This document shows, in pieces, positions 27,838 to 37,231 of a stretch of DNA of 64,000 bases; position 1 is the stretch's first letter; each line of letters starts with the position of its first letter. The stretch lies in contig CAYYWY010000002.1 in assembly GCA_964475485.1 (NCBI GenBank), positions 104,257 to 168,256 on the forward strand. Reading direction: 5' to 3'. This stretch comes from an uncultured Nitrospiraceae bacterium. Lineage in GTDB: Bacteria; Nitrospirota; Thermodesulfovibrionia; Thermodesulfovibrionales; UBA9159. Both the position numbers and the translations under genes were made by a program. The notes below the pieces were generated by a model that worked only from the letters and a program-made list of their open reading frames with translations, had not been told where the DNA came from and made no database searches.

Positions 27838-28629
27838 ATGAAAAATCTTCTTTTGGGAATTCTTGCAGTATTCTTAGTTGCAGGGTGCGGAGGTGAGATC
27901 AAGCAGCTTCAGATGAAGGATAGCGCTGGCGCCGTAAAGACTGTAGATTTTCCTAAGGGCACGATTACCGGTGCGGCTTCAAAGGAGCAGGCAAGCACAT
28001 TGGCTCAGATTTTTGTTGAGTCTCATAATATGGCAATGGATGAGCTTGCCGGCATAAAGGGAGACGGTGAAACAATAAGAAAGTCGGCGCAGAGGATTGA
28101 GGAGGCAATCCAGAGGCTGGAAGAGGCGAGTCGGAAGACCCTTGAGGCGAGCAGGAGCAATCTCGAAACTGCCCAGAAGTCGCTCAGTATGATTGAACAG
28201 CTCTCGAAAAGACAGGGAACAGGGGAGATTACCTTGTTCTTCCCCGCCGGCGTAAGCACAGTAAGAAAAGATTCCCATGAATACAAAAGGGCGGTAGACT
28301 TTGCCGATTTCCTGGCAAGAGAAAGCCGCGGGCGGAAGGTACTCTTTATCTCTGTGGGCAGCGCCTCAGCATTCGGGGACAGGAAGCTCAATCAGAAGCT
28401 TGCGAAGAAGCGCTCCGAGACTTCAGCTGAGATACTGGAAAAGTATCTCGTCAATGTCCCGCATGAGTTCTTCAAGGTTTACGGCACCGGTGATACTTAC
28501 AGCCCGAGGAACGTCACAATGAAGGAGCATCAGAGATATCAGCACGCACGCGTAATCGCATTCTTTGAAAGCGACCAGATCCCTTCCCTTCCAGTGGAGC
28601 CGGCAGGAGAGAAGCCAGGGCAGAAGTAA
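27838..28629 (+). CDS. Lipoprotein, function unknown (possible divergent OmpA-like C-terminal domain)
   Basis: Lipobox MKNLLLGILAVFLVAGC. Coiled-coil-like middle region. The C-terminal region ITLFFPAGVSTV...FISVGSASAFGD..LNQKLAKKRSE is weakly OmpA-like. Confidence 0.6.
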   Translation: MKNLLLGILAVFLVAGCGGEIKQLQMKDSAGAVKTVDFPKGTITGAASKEQASTLAQIFVESHNMAMDELAGIKGDGETIRKSAQRIEEAIQRLEEASRKTLEASRSNLETAQKSLSMIEQLSKRQGTGEITLFFPAGVSTVRKDSHEYKRAVDFADFLARESRGRKVLFISVGSASAFGDRKLNQKLAKKRSETSAEILEKYLVNVPHEFFKVYGTGDTYSPRNVTMKEHQRYQHARVIAFFESDQIPSLPVEPAGEKPGQK

Positions 28630-28654
28630 GAAAGCTGAGAAAATATTGCATATG

Positions 28655-28691
28655 GAGGGCATCTGATTATTGTTTAGATTGGCCCTCTTTT
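28655..28691 (+). terminator. Rho-independent terminator candidate after the lipoprotein gene
   Basis: gagggcatct ... agat(tg)gccctc followed by tttt. Confidence 0.45.
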
Positions 28692-28739
28692 GCAAAAGGC
28701 ACCACCGCCGTTGCGGCGCGTTACTCGAACAGGAAAGAA

Positions 28740-28816
<77 letters not shown>

Positions 28817-28926
28817 AATAGAGAAGTTTAAACAGTTTCAAAAGCTCAAATAGTTCAAAAAGCAATAAAACAACTCACTCTTGAAGCTATTGTAACTTTT
28901 TACCCTTTCGCAACGCTGGATAAGAG

Positions 28927-28999
28927 TAGGCGGAACAGGGATCGAACCTGTGACCCCAGCCTTGTAAGGGCTGTGCTCTCCCAGCTGAGCTATCCGCCC
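28927..28999 (-). tRNA. tRNA-Val (TAC), CCA not encoded
   Basis: Reverse complement: GGGCGGA ta GCTC agctggga GAGC a CAGCC cTTACaa GGCTG gggtc ACAGG ttcgatc CCTGT TCCGCCT a (73 nt). Confidence 0.95.
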
Positions 29000-29061
29000 G
29001 AAACAGAATATTATTAAAATACAGCATGAGGTAATTTGTCAACCGTCCGGCGCGGAAATAG

Positions 29062-29090
29062 TTGACATCATTCCAAATGAATGTTATAAA
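29062..29090 (+). promoter_or_regulatory. Sigma70 promoter of the cold-shock protein gene
   Basis: TTGACA (29062-29067), 17-nt spacer, TATAAA (29085-29090). Predicts a leader of about 65 nt before ATG 29163. Confidence 0.6.
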
Positions 29091-29162
29091 AAAAGCGAGT
29101 CTAACCGGGAGGTCTTTGATTCCCGGTATTCTGTGATTTAATTCAAGGAGGAAGTGAGAAGC

Positions 29163-29366
29163 ATGTCGTTGGAAGGAAGAGTGAAGTGGTTTAATGATGC
29201 AAAGGGTTATGGTTTCATCCAGCAGGACAACGGTCCGGATGTCTTTGTCCATTATTCAGCCATTAAGACGGAAGGGTTCAAGACCCTGGTGGAGGGCCAG
29301 AGGGTGCAGTTCGATATCATCGAGGACGAAAAGGGACTAAAGGCGGCGAATGTCGTAAAGATATAG
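29163..29366 (+). CDS. cspA: Cold-shock protein (CspA family)
   Basis: [30 protein letters not shown]: RNP1 (KGYGFI) and RNP2 (VFVHY) motifs of the CSD. Confidence 0.95.
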   Translation: MSLEGRVKWFNDAKGYGFIQQDNGPDVFVHYSAIKTEGFKTLVEGQRVQFDIIEDEKGLKAANVVKI

Positions 29367-29381
29367 GAATATGCCCGTTCC

Positions 29382-29420
29382 GGGTGAGGTGGTGATGAAT
29401 TTCCCCTCACCCGTTTTGTT
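29382..29420 (+). terminator. Rho-independent terminator after csp
   Basis: gggtgagg (29382-29389) ... cctcaccc (29405-29412) followed by gttttgtt. Confidence 0.6.
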
Positions 29421-29429
29421 GTCGAAGCT

Positions 29430-29912
29430 ATGCTTATAGGAGTACTCTCGGACACTCATGATGACATGTCCGCCATACGAAAGGCGGTGGACCTCTTCAA
29501 TGAGCGGAACGTCTCGCATGTGATTCATGCCGGTGACTTCACCTCTCCATTCACCTTTGAGATATTCCGCGATTTGCGCTGCGGGATGAGCGCGATCTTC
29601 GGAAACAACGACGGAGACAGGCTCCTCCTTAAAGAGAAATCGGGTGGGTGCATCCTCCCCCAGCCGTACATTATGACCTTGGAGGGCAGAAGGCTCGTGG
29701 TCCTCCACGAACCCGATGTCGTGAACGCCCTTGCCGACAGCGGGCATTTTGATCTGGTAATCTATGGACACACCCATCGGCCCGACGTGAGGAAGTTAAG
29801 GGATACCCTCATTGTGAACGCAGGGAAGGCGGCGAAGCTCCATAAAGGCGAATCCACGCTCGCCTTTGTTAACTTGGAAAGGATGGAGGCCGAAGTCCTC
29901 CCTATCCTGTAG
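29430..29912 (+). CDS. YfcE/MJ0936-family metallophosphoesterase
   Basis: MLIGVLSDTHDD...HVIHAGDF...FGNNDGD...VIYGHTHRP are the canonical metallophosphoesterase motifs. Confidence 0.85.
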   Translation: MLIGVLSDTHDDMSAIRKAVDLFNERNVSHVIHAGDFTSPFTFEIFRDLRCGMSAIFGNNDGDRLLLKEKSGGCILPQPYIMTLEGRRLVVLHEPDVVNALADSGHFDLVIYGHTHRPDVRKLRDTLIVNAGKAAKLHKGESTLAFVNLERMEAEVLPIL

Positions 29913-29989
29913 GCATCCATAACGTTGCATTTTCCGGCCGAGTATTTATAGAATTAATAAGGCCCTGGTTAAGGGTCTGAAGGGGAGAA

Positions 29990-31927
29990 ATGAAACTGGA
30001 TGACCTCAGGCTCAGCACCAAGTTCAGCCTCGCCGTGGGGCTTATTCTCCTCATTTTCTGCGTAGTTTTTTCCTTTCTCCTGTACCTCCATCTGAAAAAC
30101 AGGGTAATCGAGGACGCCAATGAGAAGACCCTTATCATCATGGCACAGATGGACGCTGTCGGCAATTACATCAAAGAAGAACTGCGCCCCAGAATGTTTG
30201 AAGTTCTCCCGCAGAACAATGAAGATGATTTCGTGGTCGAGGCGATGTCAACTACTCATGTCAAGCTTGGGGTCATGGAAAGGTTCAACAAAGGTTTGAA
30301 GGATTACATCTACAAAAGGGTATCAACTAACCCCATTAACCCCAGAAACAAGGCTGACTCCCTGCATGAGGAGAAGATCGCTTATTTCCAGGGGGACCAT
30401 AACAGGAAATGGTGGAACGGGGTAATTAAGATAGACGGACTCGAATATATAATGAGAGCGAAGCCGGTAATCACTGAGAGGAGCTGTCTGAAGTGCCACG
30501 GTAACCCTTCCAATGCGCCCCGGGGACTCGTAAGAAAATATGGGATAAAGTCGGGCTTTGGATGGAAGGAGGGGGATGTCATGGGTGTCGACTCGGTTAC
30601 GATTCCCCTTGCCGTAACCCTCGGACAAATTAAGAGTATTGCCATATCGACTTTTGTTTTCGGTTTTGCCACCCTTGTCTTCCTTTTTATATCATTGCAG
30701 GGTGCTTTCTGGAGCCTCGTGAGCAGACCCTTAACCAGGCTGACGACGGTATTCAAGGGCATTGCCAAAGGCACCGAGTCCCTCAATCAGGACATTCCCA
30801 TCGCTGCAAAGGATGAGATAGGAGAGTTGACAGAGTCCTTTAACCAGATGGCATATCATCTCTACAGCGCCCAGGAAGATCTGAGGAAGAACGCAGAGAC
30901 CCTCCATTCGATATTCGAGGGGATAAGCGATCCGATCGCCTTGGTTAATCCCGACTGTTCCCTTGAGATCACCAATACCACATATAGAGAATGGGTCGCA
31001 AACGGGATTACGGCTGTCTTCACAAGTGAATGTTCTTCGAGGGACTGTGATACCGATGCCGTCTGCCCTGCCTGTTTCCTCGAAAGGGTGACTAGGGAAA
31101 AGAAGGCACTGTCGGAATACTGGGATGGAGGCAACGGTCACTTCTATTACGTGCATTTCTATCCCATTTTCGATACAGAAGGGAACGTCATTAAGGCAGT
31201 GCATTACGTAAAGGACATTACCGACAAGAAGAAGATGGAGGAACAGATGAGTATGGCTGACAAGCTGGCCGCCCTGGGGCAGCTTTCCGCTGGCATCGCT
31301 CATGAGATAAACAACCCCCTCGGGGGGATACGGCTTTGCTTCAACAACCTCATGACCACCTCAATGGACGAGGAGACGAAGAGGATACACGTCGATGTAA
31401 TAAACTCGGGACTCATAAAGATCCAGGACATCATCAGTCAGCTGCTGGACTTCTCGAAGAAATCGGACTTAAGTGTTTCGAAAGTTTCCATCAATAAGCT
31501 TATCGAGAATGTAATGAAGCTCACCGAGTATCTTGTTTCCGAGAAGGATATCAGGGTTACGAAAAACCTTGCCCCTGACATGCCTGAGATCATGGTGGAT
31601 CAGAACAAGATGGAGCAGGTCTTTCTCAATATCATGCTGAACGCGGTTCAGGCTATGGACAACGGAAGACCCAGAGAACTGACCATCGAGACGTCATCAA
31701 AGGACGGCTACTGCAGCGCTTCCTTTGCTGATTCGGGACCGGGGATTTCCGAAACAGTTATGCCTCATATCTTTGAGCCTTTTTTCAGCACCAAGCCGGT
31801 GGGCGAAGGAACGGGTCTCGGCCTTTCGGTGAGCAAGTCCATCGTCGAGCAGCACAATGGCAGGATCGCCGTTGAGACCTCGAGTCAGGGAACGAGATTT
31901 ACGGTCAGGATACCTGTCTCGCTATGA
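29990..31927 (+). CDS. Sensor histidine kinase with periplasmic heme-c (DUF3365-like) domain, HAMP, Cys-rich PAS, HisKA and HATPase_c
   Basis: N-terminal TM; ERSCLKCHGNPSNAPRGLVRKYG (CxxCH); second TM plus HAMP (DEIGELTESFNQMAYHL); PAS with ECSSRDCDTDAVCPACFLE; H-box LSAGIAHEINNPL; G-boxes DSGPGI and GEGTGLGL. Confidence 0.85.
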   Translation: MKLDDLRLSTKFSLAVGLILLIFCVVFSFLLYLHLKNRVIEDANEKTLIIMAQMDAVGNYIKEELRPRMFEVLPQNNEDDFVVEAMSTTHVKLGVMERFNKGLKDYIYKRVSTNPINPRNKADSLHEEKIAYFQGDHNRKWWNGVIKIDGLEYIMRAKPVITERSCLKCHGNPSNAPRGLVRKYGIKSGFGWKEGDVMGVDSVTIPLAVTLGQIKSIAISTFVFGFATLVFLFISLQGAFWSLVSRPLTRLTTVFKGIAKGTESLNQDIPIAAKDEIGELTESFNQMAYHLYSAQEDLRKNAETLHSIFEGISDPIALVNPDCSLEITNTTYREWVANGITAVFTSECSSRDCDTDAVCPACFLERVTREKKALSEYWDGGNGHFYYVHFYPIFDTEGNVIKAVHYVKDITDKKKMEEQMSMADKLAALGQLSAGIAHEINNPLGGIRLCFNNLMTTSMDEETKRIHVDVINSGLIKIQDIISQLLDFSKKSDLSVSKVSINKLIENVMKLTEYLVSEKDIRVTKNLAPDMPEIMVDQNKMEQVFLNIMLNAVQAMDNGRPRELTIETSSKDGYCSASFADSGPGISETVMPHIFEPFFSTKPVGEGTGLGLSVSKSIVEQHNGRIAVETSSQGTRFTVRIPVSL

Positions 31928-33285
31928 AGGGAAAGATACTCATCATCGAAGACGAACCTTCCATGAGGCTTGGGATGAGCCACTTCCTTTCATCTTCCGG
32001 ATATGAGGTGAAGGTTTGCGAGGATGGCGCGAAAGGGATTTCGGCCATTGAGAAGGAGGCCTTCGATCTTGTCATTACGGACCTCAAGCTTCCCTATTAT
32101 GACGGGCTCACGATTCTCCACCGGATAAAGACGGTCTCACCCGATACCGGCGTCATTATCGTGACTGCTTATGCGGATGTGAAGACCGCCGTGCAGGCGA
32201 TGAAGGACGGGGCCTTTGACTATATCGCAAAACCGTTCTCCAATGAGGAGTTGGTGATAACCGTCGACAGGTTCCTTAAGTTCCGCACCCTCGAAAGAGA
32301 GTTGCTCCGGCTGAGGAGTTCCTTCCGCGAGGGAACATGTTTCGAGAATATCATAGGTGTAAGCAGCTCAATGAGAGACGTATTTGACCGGATAGAATCC
32401 GTTGCGAAGACTGACGTGCCGGTTCTTATTCAGGGCGAGAGCGGCACGGGGAAGGAACTCGTTGCAAACGCTATTCACAATATGAGCCCGCGCAGGGATA
32501 AACCCTACATAAAGATAAACTGTGCCGCCATTCCGGAGGCCCTTTTCGAGACGGAACTCTTCGGACATGAGAGGGGGACATTCACGGGAGCGACCGAAAC
32601 AAGGAAAGGGAAATTTGAGACAGCCAACGCTGGGAGCATCTTCTTTGACGAGATAGGGGAAATGCCCCTCGGATTACAGGCAAAGCTTCTCAGGGTCATT
32701 GAAGACCACACCGTCACCCGCCTTGGAGGCGACAAGCCTGTGAAGGTCGATGCGAGAGGCATTTATGCTACGAGCAAGAATCTTAAGGAGGTGATCAGGA
32801 CAGGGGGGTTCAGGGAAGACCTCTTTTACAGGATCAATGTCGTACCCATCGTACTCCCTCCTCTCAGGGAGAGGAAGGAAGATATCCCTTATATTATGGA
32901 ATTCTTCATCAAGTATTTTGGAGAAAAGTTTTTAAAACCGGAGTTGAAGATAACCCCGTCGGCCTATGAGGCCCTGATGGCGTACCGTTATCCTGGAAAT
33001 GTACGGGAACTGAAGCATGCCATAGAGAGGGCCGTGCTTCTTTCAAAGAACGGACTGATCGATCTGGGTGACCTTCCCGAAGAGTTTTCCAGCGGGGGGA
33101 GGCCTGAAGGCTCTGTAATTCATGAAGCAACTCTGCAATCAAATGTCGCAGGGCTGGAGAAACAGATGATCATCAATGCCCTTAAAGAGGCGAAAGGCAG
33201 GAGGATTGAGGCATCAAGAATTCTGGGGATCAGCAGAAAGGTTCTCTGGAAGAAGATGAGAGACTACGATATAGGCGCGACCTAA
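31924..33285 (+). CDS. Sigma54-dependent response regulator (NtrC family: REC, AAA+, Fis-type HTH)
   Basis: ILIIEDEPSMR...VITDLKLP (REC); GESGTGKELVANAIH; ETELFGHERGTFTGA (GAFTGA variant); C-terminal EASRILGISRKVLWKKM. Start overlaps the kinase stop. Confidence 0.9.
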   Translation: MKGKILIIEDEPSMRLGMSHFLSSSGYEVKVCEDGAKGISAIEKEAFDLVITDLKLPYYDGLTILHRIKTVSPDTGVIIVTAYADVKTAVQAMKDGAFDYIAKPFSNEELVITVDRFLKFRTLERELLRLRSSFREGTCFENIIGVSSSMRDVFDRIESVAKTDVPVLIQGESGTGKELVANAIHNMSPRRDKPYIKINCAAIPEALFETELFGHERGTFTGATETRKGKFETANAGSIFFDEIGEMPLGLQAKLLRVIEDHTVTRLGGDKPVKVDARGIYATSKNLKEVIRTGGFREDLFYRINVVPIVLPPLRERKEDIPYIMEFFIKYFGEKFLKPELKITPSAYEALMAYRYPGNVRELKHAIERAVLLSKNGLIDLGDLPEEFSSGGRPEGSVIHEATLQSNVAGLEKQMIINALKEAKGRRIEASRILGISRKVLWKKMRDYDIGAT

Positions 33286-33387
33286 GTTCCCAAGAGGGTA
33301 CAAATAACCATGACTAATGTTCCCATAACAGGACATTAATCGCTCACCGGATATTGTAAGCATTCATAAATAAAGGATTCTGTCACA

Positions 33388-33402
33388 TGGCACTGTCCTT
33401 GC
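33388..33402 (+). promoter_or_regulatory. Sigma54 (-24/-12) promoter
   Basis: TGGCACtgtccTTGCg is a near-perfect match to TGGCAC-N5-TTGC. It lies about 100 nt after the NtrC-type regulator gene and about 125 nt before the rhodanese ATG. Confidence 0.75.
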
Positions 33403-33524
33403 GAGCTCTTTACTATGACTATGAGAAGCATCCATCTTTTTCCTGATATTCCCATTCCTTAGAATTCCAATGGCGATACTATCGGGGGCCGGATGTATTT
33501 CACAAAATAAGAGAAGAGGAGGCT

Positions 33525-34502
33525 ATGATGAAGATGAAGAGGTTAACGGCGGCGGTTTCGATTGTTATCTTATTATTGCTGGCTGCCACGACAGCTCTGG
33601 CTGCTGGGTATGCAAATCCGCAACTGCTGGCGACGCCGGCCGAGATCGAGAAGAACATGGGAAAGTGGGTTGTGCTCGATTGCCGCGATGACAAGGCATA
33701 TGCAGAGGGCCATATCCCCGGCGCAATAAACCTGGGCGGCGCATGTGCCAAGGTGATGCGGGACACCACATTAAGGGTGAAGAAGACCGGAGATCTCGAG
33801 AAGATGCTGGGCGAGGCGGGGGTCAGCATGGACAAACCGGTGGTTGTTTATGCCGATGCAAAACTTATAACAGGCGCTTCTGTCGCTTTCTGGGTGCTTG
33901 AATATCTCGGGCACAAAGATGTACGTTTCCTCAACGGCGGTATTGAGGAATGGACCGCAGCCGGCAAGCCTCTTGAGAAGGCGCCTGTAAAACTACCGGC
34001 GACGGCATTCAAGGCGAATGTCGTTAAGAGCAGGATAGCTACTACCGACGAGGTAGTCAAGATCGCCAAGGGAGAGATCAAGGGAGTGCAGGTGATCGAT
34101 TCGAGGACGGAAAAAGAGCACAAGGGAGACGATATTAGGGCGCTGAGGGGCGGTCATATCCCGAACACTACGATGAACGTGTCCCACGTCGATACATATC
34201 ATGTCGAGACGGGAGAGCTCTATTCTGCGGACAGTCTTGAAGCGCTTTTCGGCAAGCTCGACAAAAACAAGAGGACTATACCGTACTGCCAGACCGGTAC
34301 GCGTTCCACCCTCACATATCTTCAGCTTAGGCTGATGGGGTTCAAGGACCCTGCCAATTACGACGACTCATGGATCATCTACGGGAGCAATGTGGATAAT
34401 CCAGTTGCGAACGAGAACTGGTACGACTTTGTGAAGGTGAATGATGCACTCAAGACCATTGATGCATTGAAGAAGGAAATTGAAGGGCTGAAGAAAAAGT
34501 AA
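33525..34502 (+). CDS. Periplasmic tandem-rhodanese sulfurtransferase (thiosulfate/3-mercaptopyruvate type)
   Basis: Signal peptide MMKMKRLTAAVSIVILLLLAATTALAAG. First domain: VVLDCRDDKAYAEGHIPGAINL. Second domain has the active-site loop PYCQTGTRST. Lys-rich coiled tail. Confidence 0.85.
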   Translation: MMKMKRLTAAVSIVILLLLAATTALAAGYANPQLLATPAEIEKNMGKWVVLDCRDDKAYAEGHIPGAINLGGACAKVMRDTTLRVKKTGDLEKMLGEAGVSMDKPVVVYADAKLITGASVAFWVLEYLGHKDVRFLNGGIEEWTAAGKPLEKAPVKLPATAFKANVVKSRIATTDEVVKIAKGEIKGVQVIDSRTEKEHKGDDIRALRGGHIPNTTMNVSHVDTYHVETGELYSADSLEALFGKLDKNKRTIPYCQTGTRSTLTYLQLRLMGFKDPANYDDSWIIYGSNVDNPVANENWYDFVKVNDALKTIDALKKEIEGLKKK

Positions 34503-34514
34503 TGAAATAACGAA

Positions 34515-34543
34515 TTGACACTTGGGGCTTTTAGTGCTCTAAT
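34515..34543 (+). promoter_or_regulatory. Candidate internal sigma70 promoter
   Basis: TTGACA (34515-34520), 17-nt spacer, TCTAAT (34538-34543), upstream of ATG 34579. Confidence 0.4.
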
Positions 34544-34578
34544 ATGCCCGATATTTGCTGAAAGGAGGCGAAGGAGAA

Positions 34579-34851
34579 ATGAAGACAGTTGCAATGTCGA
34601 TAAGCCTGGTATTCATGATGTTTCTTACGGGTGCGGGCTTCGCCGCACATCAGGAGGAAAAGGCGGCTCCAAAAGGAATCGTCACGAAAATAGCGGTTTC
34701 GGAATACGAGGTGACGATTAAGGACGACAAGGGAAAGGAAACTAAGGTAAAAGCCAAGGATATTTCCGATATCCAGGTCGGTGACAGCGTCATTGTCACA
34801 CAGGATGGCAAGATAAAGAAGGCTGTGAAGCCGAAGACAGGGGGGTATTAA
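34579..34851 (+). CDS. Small secreted Lys-rich protein, unknown function
   Basis: ATG 34579 after AAAGGAGG..AAGGAGA. Signal peptide MKTVAMSISLVFMMFLTGAGFAA. The mature part is about 65 aa and beta-rich (VTIKDDKGKETKVKAKDISDIQVGDSVIV). Confidence 0.55.
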   Translation: MKTVAMSISLVFMMFLTGAGFAAHQEEKAAPKGIVTKIAVSEYEVTIKDDKGKETKVKAKDISDIQVGDSVIVTQDGKIKKAVKPKTGGY

Positions 34852-34932
34852 GGATAATTCCAAGGATGAACTTCAATAATCCAATATTAGTTGACCGGTT
34901 TGCTATAGAGATTATCAGGAAAGGAGGAATGT

Positions 34933-36465
34933 ATGGCGGAGAAAAACAAGTTGTCAGCCCTGTGGAAAAATGAAGACTGGCTCGCCGTCTGGATAGGTTT
35001 TTCCCTTATCGTTCTGACCCTCGCAGCCTACCAGTGGAAGATACTGGACCTGAAGAAAGTCAACCCGAGCTTCAGGTGGGCAACGGACGGACAGATCGCG
35101 AGTCGTGTCGACAAATGGTCAGGCGCCATAGACCCGCTTATTAGGGATGCGGAGGCCAAGGGTGAAATGGGCACTGTGAAGCGGCTCCAGGCCCTGAAGG
35201 ATGCCCTTGCAAAAAAGGACAGAAAGGAAATCATGAAGGCTGCCGAGAAGGTTGAACCGATAGGAGGGCTTCCCGCGCAGGTGGCAAAGGAGATAATCGG
35301 GCACGCCAAGGCCGCTACCGGCAAGGTGTTCACAGGGGAAAATATCACAAGAGCCATTAAGATAGGAATTGTCTACCTCATTGTCGCCGCGATAGGCCTC
35401 GTGTTCATGGGGGGCGTCCCGCTGGGGAAATTCATCGTGGGGTTCCCTATAGTGTTCATCCTGGCCTGGTTGTCGCGCTTCATTGCCGGTAATGCGTGGC
35501 CCGTCGACTGGGGATTTGAGTATGTCGTCTTCTGCCTTATTGTCGGTCTTCTCATAAGCAATACCATAGGAGTCCCTGAATGGCTGATGCCTGCTGTGAG
35601 GACCGAGTATTACATCAAGTCTGGGCTCGTTATCCTGGGTGCAGGTATCCTATTCTTCGAGATACTCCAGGGAGGAGCCCTCGGCATAATACAGGGCGTC
35701 CTTGTCGTTGCCGCGGTATGGTACTTTTGCTTCTGGTTGGCGACAAAGGTTATGAAGGTTGACGACGACTTTGCCGCCATGCTTTCATCGGGCGTTGCCA
35801 TCTGCGGGGTTTCTGCGGCTATCGCCACCTGTGGCGCGATAGAGGGGGACAAGAAGAAACTCTCCTATGTGGCTTCTCTCGTCCTGATCGTGGCGGTCCC
35901 GATGATGGTCATCGAGCCATGGATAATCAAGGCCTTCGGGATCCCCGAGCTTGTTGGAGGCGCCTGGATTGGCGGCACTCTCGACACGAGCGGCTCAGTT
36001 GTGGCTGCCGGCGCACTCGTCGGCGAGGCGGCGATGAAGACTGGTGTCATAGTGAAGTTCTCCCAGAACGTCCTGATCGGCGTGGCTGCTTTTGTGCTTT
36101 CCATCTGGTGGACGGTAAAGAGGGGCGCTACTACAGGTCAAAAAGTGAGCGCCGGCATTATCTGGGAGAGGTTCCCGAAATTCGTGCTCGGCTTTCTTGT
36201 TGCGTCTGCATTATTCTCTTTCGTGCTTCACATCGATACAGTCGGCGCCACGAAGAGCGTTCTTGGCGAGTTGAGGACCTGGTGGTTTGCCCTCGCCTTC
36301 ATGTCGATCGGGCTGGAGACGCGCTTTGTCGATCTGGCGAGGATGGAGGGCGGCAGGCCCGCAGCGGCCTTTATCATCGCTCAGACATTTAATGTCCTCT
36401 GGACGCTCATACTGGCCTATCTTCTCTTCGGCGGGTATATCTTTCCGGTGCCGGATATCAAGTAG
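34933..36465 (+). CDS. YeiH/UPF0324-family putative sulfate(sulfur-compound) exporter, long form
   Basis: Polytopic membrane protein with SSGVAICGVSAAIATCGAI...GGAWIGGTLDTSGSVVAAG, typical of the YeiH family. It has an extra soluble insert after TM1. Confidence 0.75.
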   Translation: MAEKNKLSALWKNEDWLAVWIGFSLIVLTLAAYQWKILDLKKVNPSFRWATDGQIASRVDKWSGAIDPLIRDAEAKGEMGTVKRLQALKDALAKKDRKEIMKAAEKVEPIGGLPAQVAKEIIGHAKAATGKVFTGENITRAIKIGIVYLIVAAIGLVFMGGVPLGKFIVGFPIVFILAWLSRFIAGNAWPVDWGFEYVVFCLIVGLLISNTIGVPEWLMPAVRTEYYIKSGLVILGAGILFFEILQGGALGIIQGVLVVAAVWYFCFWLATKVMKVDDDFAAMLSSGVAICGVSAAIATCGAIEGDKKKLSYVASLVLIVAVPMMVIEPWIIKAFGIPELVGGAWIGGTLDTSGSVVAAGALVGEAAMKTGVIVKFSQNVLIGVAAFVLSIWWTVKRGATTGQKVSAGIIWERFPKFVLGFLVASALFSFVLHIDTVGATKSVLGELRTWWFALAFMSIGLETRFVDLARMEGGRPAAAFIIAQTFNVLWTLILAYLLFGGYIFPVPDIK

Positions 36466-36499
36466 TGCATGAAAGGGAGAGTGGGAGAGATTTCTTGAT

Positions 36500-36596
36500 G
36501 TCATCGCGAGGAGCGGTAGTGACGAAGCAATCTCAAGAGTGCGTTGCCTCTTAAACGAGATTACTTCCCCTGGATCAAATCCGTGGTCGCAATGAC
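36500..36596. repeat. GTCATCGCGAG...GTCGCAATGAC palindromic repeat, copy C
   Basis: gtcatcgcgaggagcggtagtgacgaagcaatctc ... gagattacttc...gtggtcgcaatgac. Intergenic between yeiH and the Sec-rhodanese gene. Confidence 0.65.
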
Positions 36597-36631
36597 GGTT
36601 CGATGGTGCAAGAGAAAGGAGGTGAGTGTGG

Positions 36632-37156
36632 ATGACAAACAGATTGAAAGGATGTCTTGTTATTGCAGTAGCCGTCGCATTTCTGGCAACAGGCGTTCAG
36701 GTGTTTGCGGGTGAGTGGTCTGCCGAGGCCATGAAGAAGGTCGAGGAGCTCAAGATCATGTCGAGGGACAAGAAGGACATGGCAGAGTCGATGCCCGGAG
36801 TCAAGAAGATTACTGGTGAAGAGCTCAAGAAATGGCTCGACGAGGGGAAGAAAATCGTAGTCCTCGACAACCGCGTTCCTACCGACTATGAGAAAGAACA
36901 TATACCCGGCGCAGCGCGGCTGGCCCCGGATGATCTTCTGGCAAAGGGGCGAAAGGCTGCCGAGTTCCTGAAAAAGGACGACACAATAGTCTTTTACTGA
37001 AACGGGGTAAAATGCTGGAGGTCTTCCGGCGCAATAGTCCTGTTGCAGGACGCGGGGTACAAGAACCTTCACTGGTACAGAGAAGGTCTCCCTGACTGGA
37101 TTAAGAAGGGCTACGACACGACAGAAGGAAAAGAACCAGGAACTTGGAAGAAGTAA
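36632..37156 (+). CDS. Secreted single-domain rhodanese with in-frame UGA (selenocysteine) at the catalytic-Cys position
   Basis: ATG 36632 (signal peptide MTNRLKGCLVIAVAVAFLATGVQVFAG). Reading through TGA 36998-37000 gives ...VVLDNRVPTDYEKEHIPGAARL...DDTIVFY-U-NGVKCWRSSGAIVLLQDAGYKNLHWYREGLPDWIKKGY...*. This is a complete rhodanese fold of the YCNGxxCxxS type with U replacing the active-site C. The ORF track stops at the TGA (36626-37000). Confidence 0.75.
37014..37030 (+). promoter_or_regulatory. Bacterial SECIS-like hairpin
   Basis: gctgga GGTCT tccggc: a 6-bp stem (one G-U pair) with apical loop GGUCU, beginning 14 nt after the UGA. The loop sequence is the same as in the E. coli fdhF SECIS apical loop (GGUCU). 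Confidence 0.65.
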
Positions 37157-37231
37157 GGAGTGAATGGAGTGCGGGCGCACGACATCTCATGCCCCGCACT
37201 CCCTCTGTTCAATGGTACCGTCTCCTTACAG

